Below, piece after piece: positions 24,205 to 37,240 of a stretch of 64,000 bases of DNA. Numbering within the stretch: the first letter of the stretch is position 1; every line of letters begins with the position of its first letter. The notes beneath the pieces were generated by a model. It worked only from the letters and a program-made list of their open reading frames with translations. It had not been told where the DNA came from and searched no databases. Position numbers and translations under genes: made by a program. Source of the stretch: Octopus sinensis (lineage: Eukaryota); contig NC_043005.1 of NCBI RefSeq assembly GCF_006345805.1, positions 14,880,001-14,944,000 of the forward strand, read 5' to 3'.

Positions 24205-24250
24205 AACCGGAAGTGTACAAGAACGGGTATATAAAATCAACCAATCAGTG
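24205..24250 (+). promoter_or_regulatory. Candidate core promoter of the CCDC14-like gene: ETS-type CCGGAAGT (24207-24214), TATATAAAA (24228-24236), CCAATCA (24241-24247)
   Basis: Three canonical motifs clustered within 45 bp in a locally CpG-richer, repeat-free stretch about 260 bp upstream of a Kozak-like ATG and donor site. No TSS data. Confidence 0.5.
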
Positions 24251-24507
24251 AGCAGCTATATCGGATCTGCAGAGTTGCGTGGAAAATTCAAGCATTCGAT
24301 TTGTTTTGACGACACTTTCGATACCGACTTACGTGATAGATTTTTGGTACAGCTGTTGCTAATACTTATTCCAAGGGAATTTCAATAACATTCCTGTGTT
24401 ATTACAGAACTTCGTATCCAAGATATGAAGTTTAGCTCACCATAGCAAGCTCCATTCATTAAAACAAACAAACAAAATTCCCTTCAAGAGCAGAAGACGA
24501 CGACAAC

Positions 24508-24556
24508 ATGTTGGATCTTGTTTCAAGATGTTTTGGTCAACGAATTAAACACGAAG
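24508..24556 (+). CDS. CCDC14: Putative first coding exon of CCDC14-like (MLDLVSRCFGQRIKHE), phase 1 donor
   Basis: gacaacATG context, AG|gtaaat donor, downstream of promoter motifs; no homology support. Confidence 0.45.
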
Positions 24557-26152
24557 GTAAATTATTCTCCTTCAGCCCACCCTGACATCACTTATAGCCA
24601 TTAATAATAGCTTTTTTTGTGAAGGTAATACCATAAACTTCACTTCATTCCCATTTCTCTCTCTGTAGTTATAAATCAGAAACTTCGTGATATGTCAACA
24701 CAAAAGGCTTATTAACATTCCGAGTTCAAATCCCGTCCGAATGCCTTTCATCCTACCAGGGTCGATAAAATAAAGTACCGAGGTCGAAATTCCAGGTCTT
24801 GTACCTTTATTATTATTATTATTATTGATAATAATAATAATTATTATTATTGATAATAATAATAATAAGTATTATTATTAATAATAATAATTATTATTAT
24901 TGATAATAATAATAATTATTATTATTGATAATAATAATAATTATTATTATTGATAATAATAAACAATCCTTAATGGTTTTAAATTTTTGCACAAGGCCAG
25001 CAGTTTTTGAGGGGAAGGGAAAGTCGACTATGTCGACTGCAGTACTTGACTAGTACTTATTTTATCGATCTCGAAAAGATGAAAGGCAAAGTCAACCTTG
25101 GTGGGGTGTGAAGACGGACGAGATGCCCCTTAAGCATTTTGTCCGGTGTTTTTTGGCAAGAAGGGCGTGATATTGATGCTTGTCCAAAACTTTTTTTTAA
25201 GGCTTTACTATAATATTGATACTTATTTACTTCTATTGTAATTATTTATTTATTTACCGTAATGCATCTTGTCTAGCGCTGTATTGTTTGTGTCATTTTT
25301 TTTCTACAAACTGACGTGGGGGGAGTATGTGGCGCTTCACTCGCTAGAAACAGCAGCCAATCTTCCAAACCATGCCCTACCGCCTTAAAAGAGGTATACA
25401 CTGGATAATGTAGTCCAGGGTTTACTATAAACTAAAAAGGAAGAGGTGGAGGAATTTTAGTGGATGGAATGCGTCAGTCAAACCGAACTTGAGTTAAATG
25501 ACAAATATCTTTTTAAACTCGGCACAAAATCTGGTATTTGCAATGGAAAGAACGCAAATGATGTTCTGACGTTTATATATTTCTCGTGAACATTAAAGCA
25601 GTATAAATGAAATTAAGCAATTTTATTTCAACTTTTTCTTCACATAAGTGTAATGCCATTCTAAAAATTGTGCTGCCCATTGTGTTCAAGTCACGACGTG
25701 TCTCTTTATAAAGTCGTTAAAATACTGTTGAAATTACTCTAATATTTATAGTATTTAAATGAAATGGGACATTTTTTTTTATCTGGCTAAAATTGACATT
25801 TCTGCGTAATGCCAATTTTTATTGTTGGTACAAGGCCAGACATATTTACAAAGTCAGAAAACAGCACAGCTCCCATGACTTCAGGAAACATTTTTTTTCA
25901 CGCTGAGAGTTGCTGAAGCATGGAACAAACTGCCGGCATCAGTTGTTAGTTGTCGGAGCACTGCATCCTTCAAAACTTCCATGCTTTCTGAGATTCGCCA
26001 AAACTACACCTGATTTTCTCCCCTCCATACACACACAAGCATGTATCTGACTCATACATTGTTCGCTTTCCAGACATTTTTACATTACTGCATGTACTTT
26101 ATATGCACTTTCTGACAAGTTGTGGTGCACCTGAGCACTGTATACAATAATT

Positions 26153-26187
<35 letters not shown>

Positions 26188-28234
26188 TGGGGAGAGAGTG
26201 GGGTATAGTAAATTAATTCAACATCAGTCCTTCACTGATAATCTCACTTGAATTTGAACTCTACAACTATAATTCTGATTTTTTAAGTGTGTTTTCCCCT
26301 TTCCAATTAGACACAATGATGATATATTTTAAAAGAACCTAAATGAGAATCCTATTTGTGTCAAATCAAAATCCAATTATAGGCATATGTGAAGTTGAAT
26401 ACATCAGAAATTTATAATATTTTCTTAATATGACTCAACAAGGAAGCTTCTAAACAGTTGCACGACTTGCTAGAAACAGCAACAAGTCTCACTCAACCTA
26501 TACCCTGTCGTTTTAGAAAAAAAAAAAAACGTAATCCAGAGAATATAACAGCAAGTAAAAAAAAATATGATAGTCACAGCTGGAATGTCTGTGATCAGGA
26601 CCAACTTGTGGTCAAACCATATCCTTAATATTAATGATTAGAGGGATCCTAGTCGAGTAGAATCAATAGTTCTGGGTTTAATGTCATGTAATATTTAGTT
26701 AAATTCCTTAATGTTCTGAGCTTGAAGTCCTTGTTTCTGAATATTTCATACGTTCGGTGATTGACAGTCTGAAATAGTGAGGGTATATGCTATTGATGAG
26801 GTCACAGAAAGGACTCTGACGAACTCAGCTGTGCTTTTTTCTGACTTTGTAAATATGTCCACGGGTGTTAGACAGGTGGAGTTTGAAAAGGTGCTCAGAG
26901 TTATTGTTTGTAAGATCTCTTTACTCTTTACTTGTTTCAGTCATTTGACTGTGGCCATGCTGGAGCACCACCTTTAGTCGAGCAAATCGACCCCAGGACT
27001 TATTCTTTGGAAGCCTAGTATTTATTCTATCGGTCTCTTTTGCCGAACCGCTAAGTTACGGGGACGTAAACAAACCAATATCGGTTGTCAAGCGATGATG
27101 GGTTGGGGACAAACACAGACACACATACATATATATATAAATATATTTATATATACACGATGGGCTTCTTTCAGTTTCCGTCTACCAAATCCACTCACAA
27201 GGCTTTGGTCAGCCCGAGGCTATAGTAGGAGACACTTTGCCCAAGGTGCCACGCAGTCGTAATGAACCTGGAACCATGTGGTTGGTAAGCAAGCTACTTA
27301 CCACACAGCCACTCCTGCGCCTAAAGATGGTTAATAATTTTATGGGTGTCTGCCAAGTCAGCTGCCAGACGTCGGAGTTTCAATGTGTCCATGCCCAGGG
27401 AAGTAAGGCGTTCAGAATATGGCAAATGCCTGATGGAGGGTATTCTCTTGGTTACACGTTGCTGAACGGTTTCCAGACGATTAATATCCTGGGCAAGATC
27501 GGGGTTCCAGACCGGTGATGCAAATTCCAATCAATTAGTTAATTGGAAAATGATTAACTTGTTGACTAATAATAATGAAAGAAGTGAAACTGTGTGTGTG
27601 TGTGTGTTATTTGCTTAATGACCTTCCCAGGGTAAAACAAGTTTACTTTAAGAATCTTGCTAATCAAATAGAAAAACCAAATTGCTATTAATTAATTATT
27701 AGTGAGACAAAGAATTTATGCGTATAGTTTATATGCAGAAATTTTCTGTGTATGCATGCACGAGCACTTTCTCACCTCTCTCACAATACACAAAAAACTT
27801 TTGGCTGGGTTCAACAAGTCGCACCTTGGTGTGTACACACTTGACTTATTAGTTCAGAGAAGAATTTTACGGATACACGACGGAAAAATCTTGTTTAGCT
27901 GTGAAAGAATTAAATAGAGAATAACTTGAAAGAAATGTTAGGAATGTTGTTGCTAAACAGTTTGCTATTTTGTGGATGTGCACACACTTCAGGATTTTTC
28001 ATTTAACATGTCTTGAGCTGTTGAAAAAATTTCTTTTTTCTTATTCCCTTTCTAAGTACATTAATTTCAAATGTGTATATTGGCTGTTTGGTAAGTAGCA
28101 TGCTTACCAACCTCTTGGTCCCGGGTTCAGTCCAACTGCGTGGCACCTTGGGCAGGCCGACCAACGCCTTGTGAGTGGATTTGGTAGACAGAAACTGAAA
28201 GAAGCACGTCGTGTGTATATATGTAATATATATA

Positions 28235-28272
<38 letters not shown>

Positions 28273-31200
28273 CATACATACACACACGTGTATGTGTGTT
28301 TGTTGTCCCCGTCCCAACCCTTGATAGCCGATGTTGGTGTGTTTGCGTCCCCATAAATTAGCAAAAGAGACAGACAGAACAAGTACTAGGCTTACAAAGA
28401 ATAAGTCCTGGGGTTGGTTTGTTCGACTAAAGGTGGTGCTCCACAAGTGAATAGGAATTTTGTAAGAAGTTTCTATATAACTAGTTTTTAATCATCGAAT
28501 TGCTATTGGGGTTCACCAGAATAAAATAGTAATCAAAGGGATTCAAAGATAGGAAAAACAAATGGTTGAGAATAGCTGCCATAGATCTTTCAGTAAGCCC
28601 ACCAAAGTTGTTTCCCTTGGAAATGACGTTCTAGTTTTTGCTTTTGAGGAGTTTATCACTAACACTAAAATACGATTATTTCCGAATTGTGTACTTTATT
28701 CTAGCACCTATTTTCGCGCCTCGGATTAGTTAAAACAATTTGTCATTTATCATGTCAATACTGAAGAAGTTGAAGGATGGAGGAAATGGTAAAGGGTCAG
28801 ACAACATGTCCTATTTAGTTAATGTTTCTATATCTTTTATCTTTTGTTTTCAGTCATTTGACAGCAACTATGCTGGATCATCGTCTTGAAGGGTTTTTTG
28901 TTAAACAAATACACCCCAAGATTTATTTTAAAGCCTAGTACTTATTCTATCGATCCTGTTTGCCGAACTGCTTAGTTACAGGGGCATAAACACACCAATA
29001 CCAGTTGTCAAGAAGGGATTGGAGACAAACTCAGACACAAAGATAGAGATATACATGTATATATACGACGGGCTTCTTTCAGTTTCCCATTACCAAATCG
29101 ACTCACAAGGCTTTGGGGCTATAGTAGAAGAAACTTGCCTAAGATGCCACACAGTGGGATTGAACCTGGAACCATGTGGTTGGGAAACAAACTTCTTACC
29201 ACACAGTCTCTTTCTCTTTTATTTGTTTCAGTCATTTGACTGTGGCCATACTGGAGCACTGCCTTTAGTCGAGCAAATCGACTCCAGGACTTATTCTTTG
29301 TAAGCCTAGTACTTATTCTATATCGGTCTATTTTGCTGAACTGCTAAGTTACGGGGATGTAAACACACCAGCATCAGTTGTGAAGCGATGTTGGGGGGGA
29401 TAAACATATACACACACATACATGTATATATACATATATACGACGGGCTTCTTTCAGTTTCTGTCTACCAAATTCATTCACAAGGCTTTGGTCTGCTCCA
29501 GGCTATAGTAGAAGACACTTGCCCAAGGTGCCACACAGTGGGACTGAATCCTGAACTATGTGGTTCGTAAGCAAGCTACTTACTGCACAGCCACTCCTAT
29601 GCCTATGTTAAGATTTCCAGTCCCACCAGGGTTGACTTTGCTCTCATCTTTCTGAGATGGATAGACTTAGTATCAGGTTAGATAAGTGGCTAAGAAGTTT
29701 GCTTTGCAATATGTAGTTCCAAGATCGAATCCATAATATACCATCTTAGGAAAATTTGTTAAAAAATACGTTGTTAGAGGAATTTCGTAAAAGTAAAATG
29801 TATGGAAGCCCATTGTGTATGTAATGTGAGTGCATGCATTTGTCCCCTGTTTGTTTGAAAACCTATTAACTGGTTTCAAACGAAAATACTTTGTGTAATA
29901 TTTGTTCTGCTTGAGTTGCCAAATACTTCCGAGTCATTCTTGTAAATGAAGCAAACCCATGAAAATATTGATTACAGAAAACATGAGAAGAAAATAAAAT
30001 AAAAATAATTCAGTGGGCTGATATTATCTATTCTATCCCTTCCTAATGTGTGGGTTTGTACCAGTTTTAGAAATCAATATGTAAAGGTTGTGAACAGGTA
30101 GGAGTGGCTGTGTGGTAAGTAGCTTGCTTACGAACCACATGGTTCTGGGTTCAGTCCCACTGCATGGCACCTTGAGCAAGTGTCTTCTACTATAGCTTTG
30201 GGCTGACCAAAGCCTTGTGAGTGCATTTGTCAGATGGAAACTGAAAGAATCCCATCGTATATATGTATGTGTATGTGTGTGTATATATTCGTGTGTCTGT
30301 GTTTGTCCCCCCAATATCGCTTGACAACCGATGCTGGTGTGTTTACGTACCCCCGTAACTTAGCGGTTTGGCAAAAGAGACCCATAGACTAAGCACTAGG
30401 CTTACAAAGAATAAGTCCTGGGGTAGATTTGCTTGACTAAAGGCAGTGCTCCAGCATGGCCACAGTCAAATGACTGAAACAAGTAAAAGAGGTAGAATCA
30501 GTAGTGTTGGATAAACTGCCTTGTAAAAGATAGCTGTTCCCCTTTTAAGCTAGAGCTTCACTGGTTTGACCTTAGCTTTACAAATCTGCAGTTTTGTACC
30601 AAACATCGTTATTAAACAAATGAATTCAATATATAATTGATGTTGTCATTTTGCTTTTTGTTGCTTATACACTGCCAGTCAATTTTAACAACTTGACTCA
30701 CAGCTATAGCTGCTTTTCTTTGTGTTTTTCTTTTTTCTCCCTTTTGCTTTATGATGTATTGATGATGATGATGATTATGTAAAAAAAAATTTTTTAAATC
30801 CACATTAAAGAAAATATCTCCCATTCAGACTCAATTGAGTGAAGAAGCTGGATTTGTTGGGGAGGTAATTCCTACTGCTGAAGTTGAATTGAAGATATCA
30901 ATGGGAAGATGGATCTTTTCGGTTTGAACGGCAGTTTTTTCTAGTGGTGTCATATGAAATTGTCACCCATAATTATGACCCTAGTATCGATCTATGGCAT
31001 TTCAATCTGTTTTAGGGTTAGGGGTGGGGGAAGGGTATCTTTTTTTTCTTCAGAAATGTAAATAAACCCAATCTGTTTCTTAAACGAGGGACTTATTCAT
31101 ACGGCACAGAATGTTTTCACCTCAATAGACGTCACTGATTGGTTGAAATTGAAGAAAAAAAACAACAAATATCTTACAAACTATAGAATTTTCTCCATAA

Positions 31201-34200
31201 AGCCAAGAGAAAAAGATGTTTTATAAACACATTCTACCAGTATACGAAGTTTAAAAGTGTTTAGTTACGTGGAAATTATATTAAAAAACTGCTGGTCAAA
31301 CCGAAAAGATCCGGGAAGATTAAATGAAAACGTTTTTGGTATTTGTTACTTCTTTCATTGTATTTAGATTCTTATCAACACATGTCAAGCTACTTCCCTA
31401 ACTAAACAATGTGTGAAATTACTCTGGATTTGAAACATCGCAGAATTATCTACAGCTCGAGTTGGTTTCGCTATTATACAATGTCACCAGTCATTCAGCA
31501 AGGTATTCGTCGACAAACGAGGAAACAACTAAATGTAAATGTTTCTTTTCTCAACTTATACAACATATTTCATTGAAACAATATAGTTTGAAATTACATA
31601 GTTTACAAAAATTTTAAATATTTGGTATCATCATCATTATATCTGCTTTTCATGCTTACATGCAGTGGTTGAGTTTTCTCCAACACAGTATCCTGCCATT
31701 TATTGGGTTTGTCATCTCCTTTGTGAAATTAAGATCAGCTTTAACTACCTTGGCCCATGTCTTCTTTTATTTTGAACAGTTTCATTCCATTTGGATCTCT
31801 GTTGCATGCTACATTTGATTCTGCTCACATTCCTGTTTTTGTCTCAGTTTATTGTACTGCATTGCTTATGCACACTAACACACCCAGTAGAGCCTGCTGC
31901 CTTCATTTTTTTCCCACCCTTTGCACATAATCTGCATTTAATACTCATACTTCCACTACTATGCAACATTGCATTTTGTACGCAACTGTAAATTATTTCA
32001 TGTAGTAAGTAGCTTGCTTACCAACCACATGGTTCCAGTTTCAGTCCCGCTGCATGGGACCTTGGGCAAGTGTCTTCTATAGCCTTGGGTCGACCAAAGC
32101 TTTGTGAGTGGATTTGGTAGGCAGAAACTGAAAGAAGCCTGTCGTATATGTACGTGTGGGTGTGTGTCCCTCGCTCTAACATCACTTGACAACCAATGCT
32201 GGTGCGTTTACGTCCCCATAACTTAGCAGTTTGGCAAAAGAGTCTGATAGAATAAGTACTAGGCTTACAAAGAATAAGCCCTGAGGTCGATTTGCTCGGC
32301 TAAAGGCGGTGCTCCAGCATGGCCGCAGTCAAAATGACTAAAACAAGTAAAAATAAAAAAGAATATACAAAAAGAAGATATGGGTGGGGCAAGTTTTAAT
32401 AAATGTATTAGTTTAATGCTTACAACCAAGGTGGAGAATTTTGTTTTGAATGCTAGTCCTTCATCATAAAAATAAAGAATAACAAAAGTGTGTGTGTGTA
32501 TGTGTCATAAATTCCCCATAACATAACTAGCTAATATCTAACATAAAAATCCTGTAAACCACTAAATTTCTGATGGACTAATACTACTAATAAACTAAAA
32601 TCTTGATATAGATCCGCTTAAATATAAGACCCATATAAATCTTAACATAAAAATGTCAGAAACAATTAAACTAGACCTGATCCTGTAGCAGACAATGGAA
32701 GAGTCTTTAAGAATTAGTACTACAGTATAATTCTCAAATAATGATCAAGAAGACCACTTCTTAATAAAGGACATTTAACTCAATACATAATATAATTATA
32801 TTTTTCTATTTTAGATATATGACTTCCAGGAACCTGCATATTGTTTCAATGTACATCATAAATATCTTTATAAAGCAATATGTATAAAATGCTGGCCTAC
32901 CAATTACTCATTCAGGCTCATATCTCCATATTTAGAGATATTGTGAAAAACCTTTGTGTTAGAAAAAAAAAAAAAATTGCTCCATATTAGGAGTGGCTGT
33001 GTGGTAAGTAGCTTGCTAACCAACCACATGGTTCTGGGTTCAGTCCCACCTTGGGAAAGTGTCTGCTACTATAGCCTCAGGCCGACCAAAGCCTTGCGAG
33101 TGGATTTGGTAGACGGAAACTGAATATATGTATATATGTATATATGTATATATATATGCGTGTGTGTGTTTGTGTGTCTGTGTTTGTCCCCCTAGCATTG
33201 CTTGACAACCGATGCTGGTGTGTTTATGTCCCCGTTACTTAGCGGTTCGGCAGCATGGCCGCAGTCAAATGACTGAAACAAGTAAAAGAGTAAAAAGAGT
33301 AAAGAGAGTATTAAACTCTGTTCAGCTTTGCTTTATTATCGCTTTGCTTTTCTACCTTTCCTCTTTCTCGCATTTCTGTATATTATTTCATTCAAAACTC
33401 ACCTTCGTGTTCCCCCCACCTCTATTCTTTTCAACACTCTCTCTAATGATGATGTATAACCTGTTTTCAATCGTACCATTTGTTCTTCCTCAATTTTCAA
33501 CAGATTTTCTTTTCTTTTCCAGCATCGCCAATGCTAATTCTTGAGACAATCAAGGAAAAATAACTCACAATGACTATCTAAGAGTTATTCGCCTTAACAG
33601 AAGTGGAAACGTTTATAAATGTATTTTCTCAAAATATTTTTCGTAACTCTAAACATGTGGAGATACGGGGCCTGAATGAGTTGCTTGGCACGAAACATTT
33701 GGTAGCCTGATATTTTACTTCTATTGCTTTATAAATATATAAATACATCATTACTCGACATATTGAGTACTATATTATTTGATATTATTTATGTTATAGT
33801 TTATATATATATATATATATATATGTGTATTAAAAAGCAGCAAAAATATCAAACACTAATATTTTCTGTGATATTTTTGCTGCTTTTTAATAAATCATAT
33901 TACTCTACCTCTGGTATTCAAGTACTATTTTTTCCACTTTGTTTCACATTTATGTGCTTATTCTGGTATATCATCATCATCATCGTTTAACGTCCGTTTT
34001 CCGCGCTAGCACGGGTTGGACGGTTCGACCGGGGTCTGGGAAGCCAGGGCTGCATCAGGCTCCAGTCTGATCTGGCAGTGTTTCTACAGCTGGATGCTCT
34101 TCCTAACACCAACCACTCCTCGAGTGTAGTGGGTGCTTTTTACGTGCCACCTGCACAGGTGCCAGGTGCCACAGTGATGATGATTTTCATCACACACACA

Positions 34201-37200
34201 CACACACATATCTATATATATAATGTACTCTCATCTTTGAACATACACGTAAATACAGTTATTATTGAGGGCTGATGGATAGCAGAATTAATAGAAAATA
34301 CCTTGTGTTGTATGTGACTTGGCTTTACATTCTGAATTCAAATCTCATTATTGCTGATTTTATCTGTCAACTTTCTGGGTTTCATAAATTCAGAACTAGC
34401 TATGGACTTGGGTTGATGTAATTCCTAGTGCCTTTTCATGAAATGTTGTAATTACTTGTTTTTATTAGAAATTATTATCACCCACTTGCAACTTTCTTTG
34501 TGGATTACCATGATAATCTATTCACTAGAAAATATCCAAGCATTGTAAAAGTTCTTGTCCCTCAAAGAATATCTTAAAAATAGAATCAGTGAAAATGAAA
34601 AATATTATTTGTAGAACTTATTAGAAATTATTACCACCTACTTGCAACTTTCTTTGTGAATTACCATGATAATCTATTCACTAGAAAACATCCAAGCATT
34701 GTAAAAGTTCTTGTCCCTCAAAGAATATCTTAAAAATAGAATCAGTGAAAATGAAAAATATTATTTATAGAATTTACAAAGTAAAAAGAAAGAATGTTTT
34801 ATTTTAAAATTTTCATTTCATATTTTGTGTTATCTTTTATTTAAATTTTTTATATTTTTCATATCAAAGTTATTTTAATGTTAGTTTCTTGATTTTCTTT
34901 CTTGTTTTTTGTTTATAAAGCCAACCACAGGAGTCAGCAGAAGGTAAGCCATAGAAACCACTCCGGGTTTAAGTTTCTTATCTTTAATGTTTATTAACTT
35001 GTGTTTGAAGCCTCTTTCAGAGGACTTTTAGGTTTGAATCCTCTTTATTTAAACATGTATTCAAATGAGCCAACAAGGGAGCCTTTAGGTAGTTGATAGA
35101 CCTGCTACAAATAACAAATTTCCTTCACATCACAAGCCTACAAAAGTACCTCTACTCCAAACAGTCCTCAACCTATGGGTTTTGTATAATTCTGAAAGGG
35201 TCTCAGTGGCCTTTTTATTTTTACTTCTAAAATCTTTGATAAACTGTAAAAAGTTTGTGTGTATGTCATACAATATGCTACTGCACCTTCACTGTTAACA
35301 AAATTAGGAATATTAGACGTAGGAGTGGCTGTGTGGTAAGTAGTTTGCTTACCAACCACATGGTTCCGGGTTCAGTCCCACTGCGTGGCACCTTGGGCAA
35401 GTGTCTTCTACTATAGCCTCGGGCCGACCAAAGCCTTGTGAGTGGATTTGCTAGATGGAAACTGAAAGAAGCCCATCGTATATATGCATATATACATGTA
35501 TGTGTGTGTATATGTTTGTGTGTCTGTGTTTGTCCCCCCCCCCCAACATCGCTTAACAACTGATGCTGGTATGTTTACATCCCTGTAACTTAGCGGTTTG
35601 GCAAAAGAGACCGATGGAATAGGTACTGGGCTTACAAAGAATAAGTCCTGGGGTCGATTTGCTCGACTAAAAGTTGATGCTCCTGCATGGCTACAGTCAA
35701 ATAACTGAAACAAGTGCAGTATCTTGGGCATGTCTTCTACTATAGTTTCAGGTCAACCAAAGCCTTAATAAAAGAGAAAGTACCAGGCTCAATTCATTCA
35801 ACTGAAAATTTGTCAAGGCAGTGCCCTGGCATGGTCACAATCTAATGACTGAAATGAATGAAAGATACACTCATACTGAGAGGAATATTATAATTTTTTT
35901 ATGTCCCATGAATAGCATTCTCTTGATGTTATGATTTTGAGCAGACTGTGAAATGTTACATTTGAAGTTTAATATCTCACTTTTAATTTCCTTTTCTATT
36001 TATTTTCTTTGTTATAGTCATGATGCGAACCAGAAAAATAAAGAAATGACCCCAAAACCTAAAAGAAAAGTTATGCTAGCTGGAAAACGAAGTAGGCAAA
36101 TATGTTATCCTTTCTTTAGTGTTGTGTTGATTTTTTTATAATGCTAAAATACAAAGTCTGTTTGTCTGTTCCATGATTTTATTAAAACACACACACAACA
36201 TACACTTGGTCACAAACAAACATGATAAAGAAAGAAAGGGAGAAATCATACTATTTTGACCTGCATTCTGTCTTTGTGAATGGGTGTGGGTGTCAATGCA
36301 TCATCATCATCATCATCGTTTAACGTCCGTTTTCCATGCTAGCATGGGTTGGTCGGTTCGACTGGGGTCTGGGAAGCCAAGAGGCTGCCCCAGGCTCCAG
36401 TCTGATCTGGCAGTGTTTCTACAGCTGGATGCCCTTCCTAATGCCAACCACTCCGTGAGTGTGGTCGGTGCTTTTTACATGCCACCAGCACAGGGGCCAG
36501 AGGAGGCTGTCAATGGCCATGATCGGTTGGTGCTTTTTACGTGACACCGGCATGGAAGCCAGCCAAGGCGGCGCTGGCGTTGGCCACGTTCGGATGGTGC
36601 TTTTTACGTTCCACCGGCACGGGTATCACAACTACAATTTCCATTTGATTTTTATTTTGATGTTGATGTACTTGACTCAATAGGTCTCCTCAAGCACAGC
36701 AGGTCATCCTACGATCCAGGGTACTTTAAATGGGCTGGGGCTGGTTGTGTGAAGCAGGTTGTTGGATACAGCTATGAACTCACTTTATTTGTCAGGTCTT
36801 CGCAGTCACAGCATATCTCCAGAGGTCTTGGTTTTACGTCATTGTCTCTGAGGCCTAGTCTTCGAAGGTCATGCTCGACCACCTCATTCCATGTCTTCCT
36901 GGGTCTACCTCATTTTATATCCACTTTCCATGCTGGCATGAGTAGGATAGATAACCACGGTCAGAGTCAGTACATATTGGGGTGTTCTGCTTACTTGTTG
37001 GAAGGCTGCGTCTCACTTGTGTGTTTAATTTTGGAGTTGATTTCTATAGTTGGATGCCCTTTCTAACACATTACAGTGTGTGTGTGTGTGTGTACATAAG
37101 TGCAAGCATGCCTGTGTAGTTGAGAACCATATGGTTTCAGGTTCAGACCACTTGGGCAAGTGTCTTCTAGTATAGCCATGAACTGGCCAAAGTTTGTGTA

Positions 37201-37208
37201 TATATATG

Positions 37209-37240
<32 letters not shown>

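Noticed and set aside
28445-28810. Coding-like non-repeat stretch, possibly an old LINE
   Set aside because: There are multiple stops in all frames and no diagnostic motif could be fixed by eye.
30829-30864. Possible 36-nt exon (cag|..gag|gtaatt) in CCDC14 intron 1
   Set aside because: It gives an in-frame TGA after the phase-1 first exon, has a weak pyrimidine tract and has no homology. It would be viable only with a different upstream exon.
32815-32950. Open frame after ttttag (IYDFQEPAY..)
   Set aside because: There is no convincing donor, it ends in a stop and it has no similarity to CCDC14.
35319-35395. tRNA-like A/B boxes in SINE heads
   Set aside because: There is no complete cloverleaf and the heads continue into SINE bodies, so they were not called as tRNA genes.
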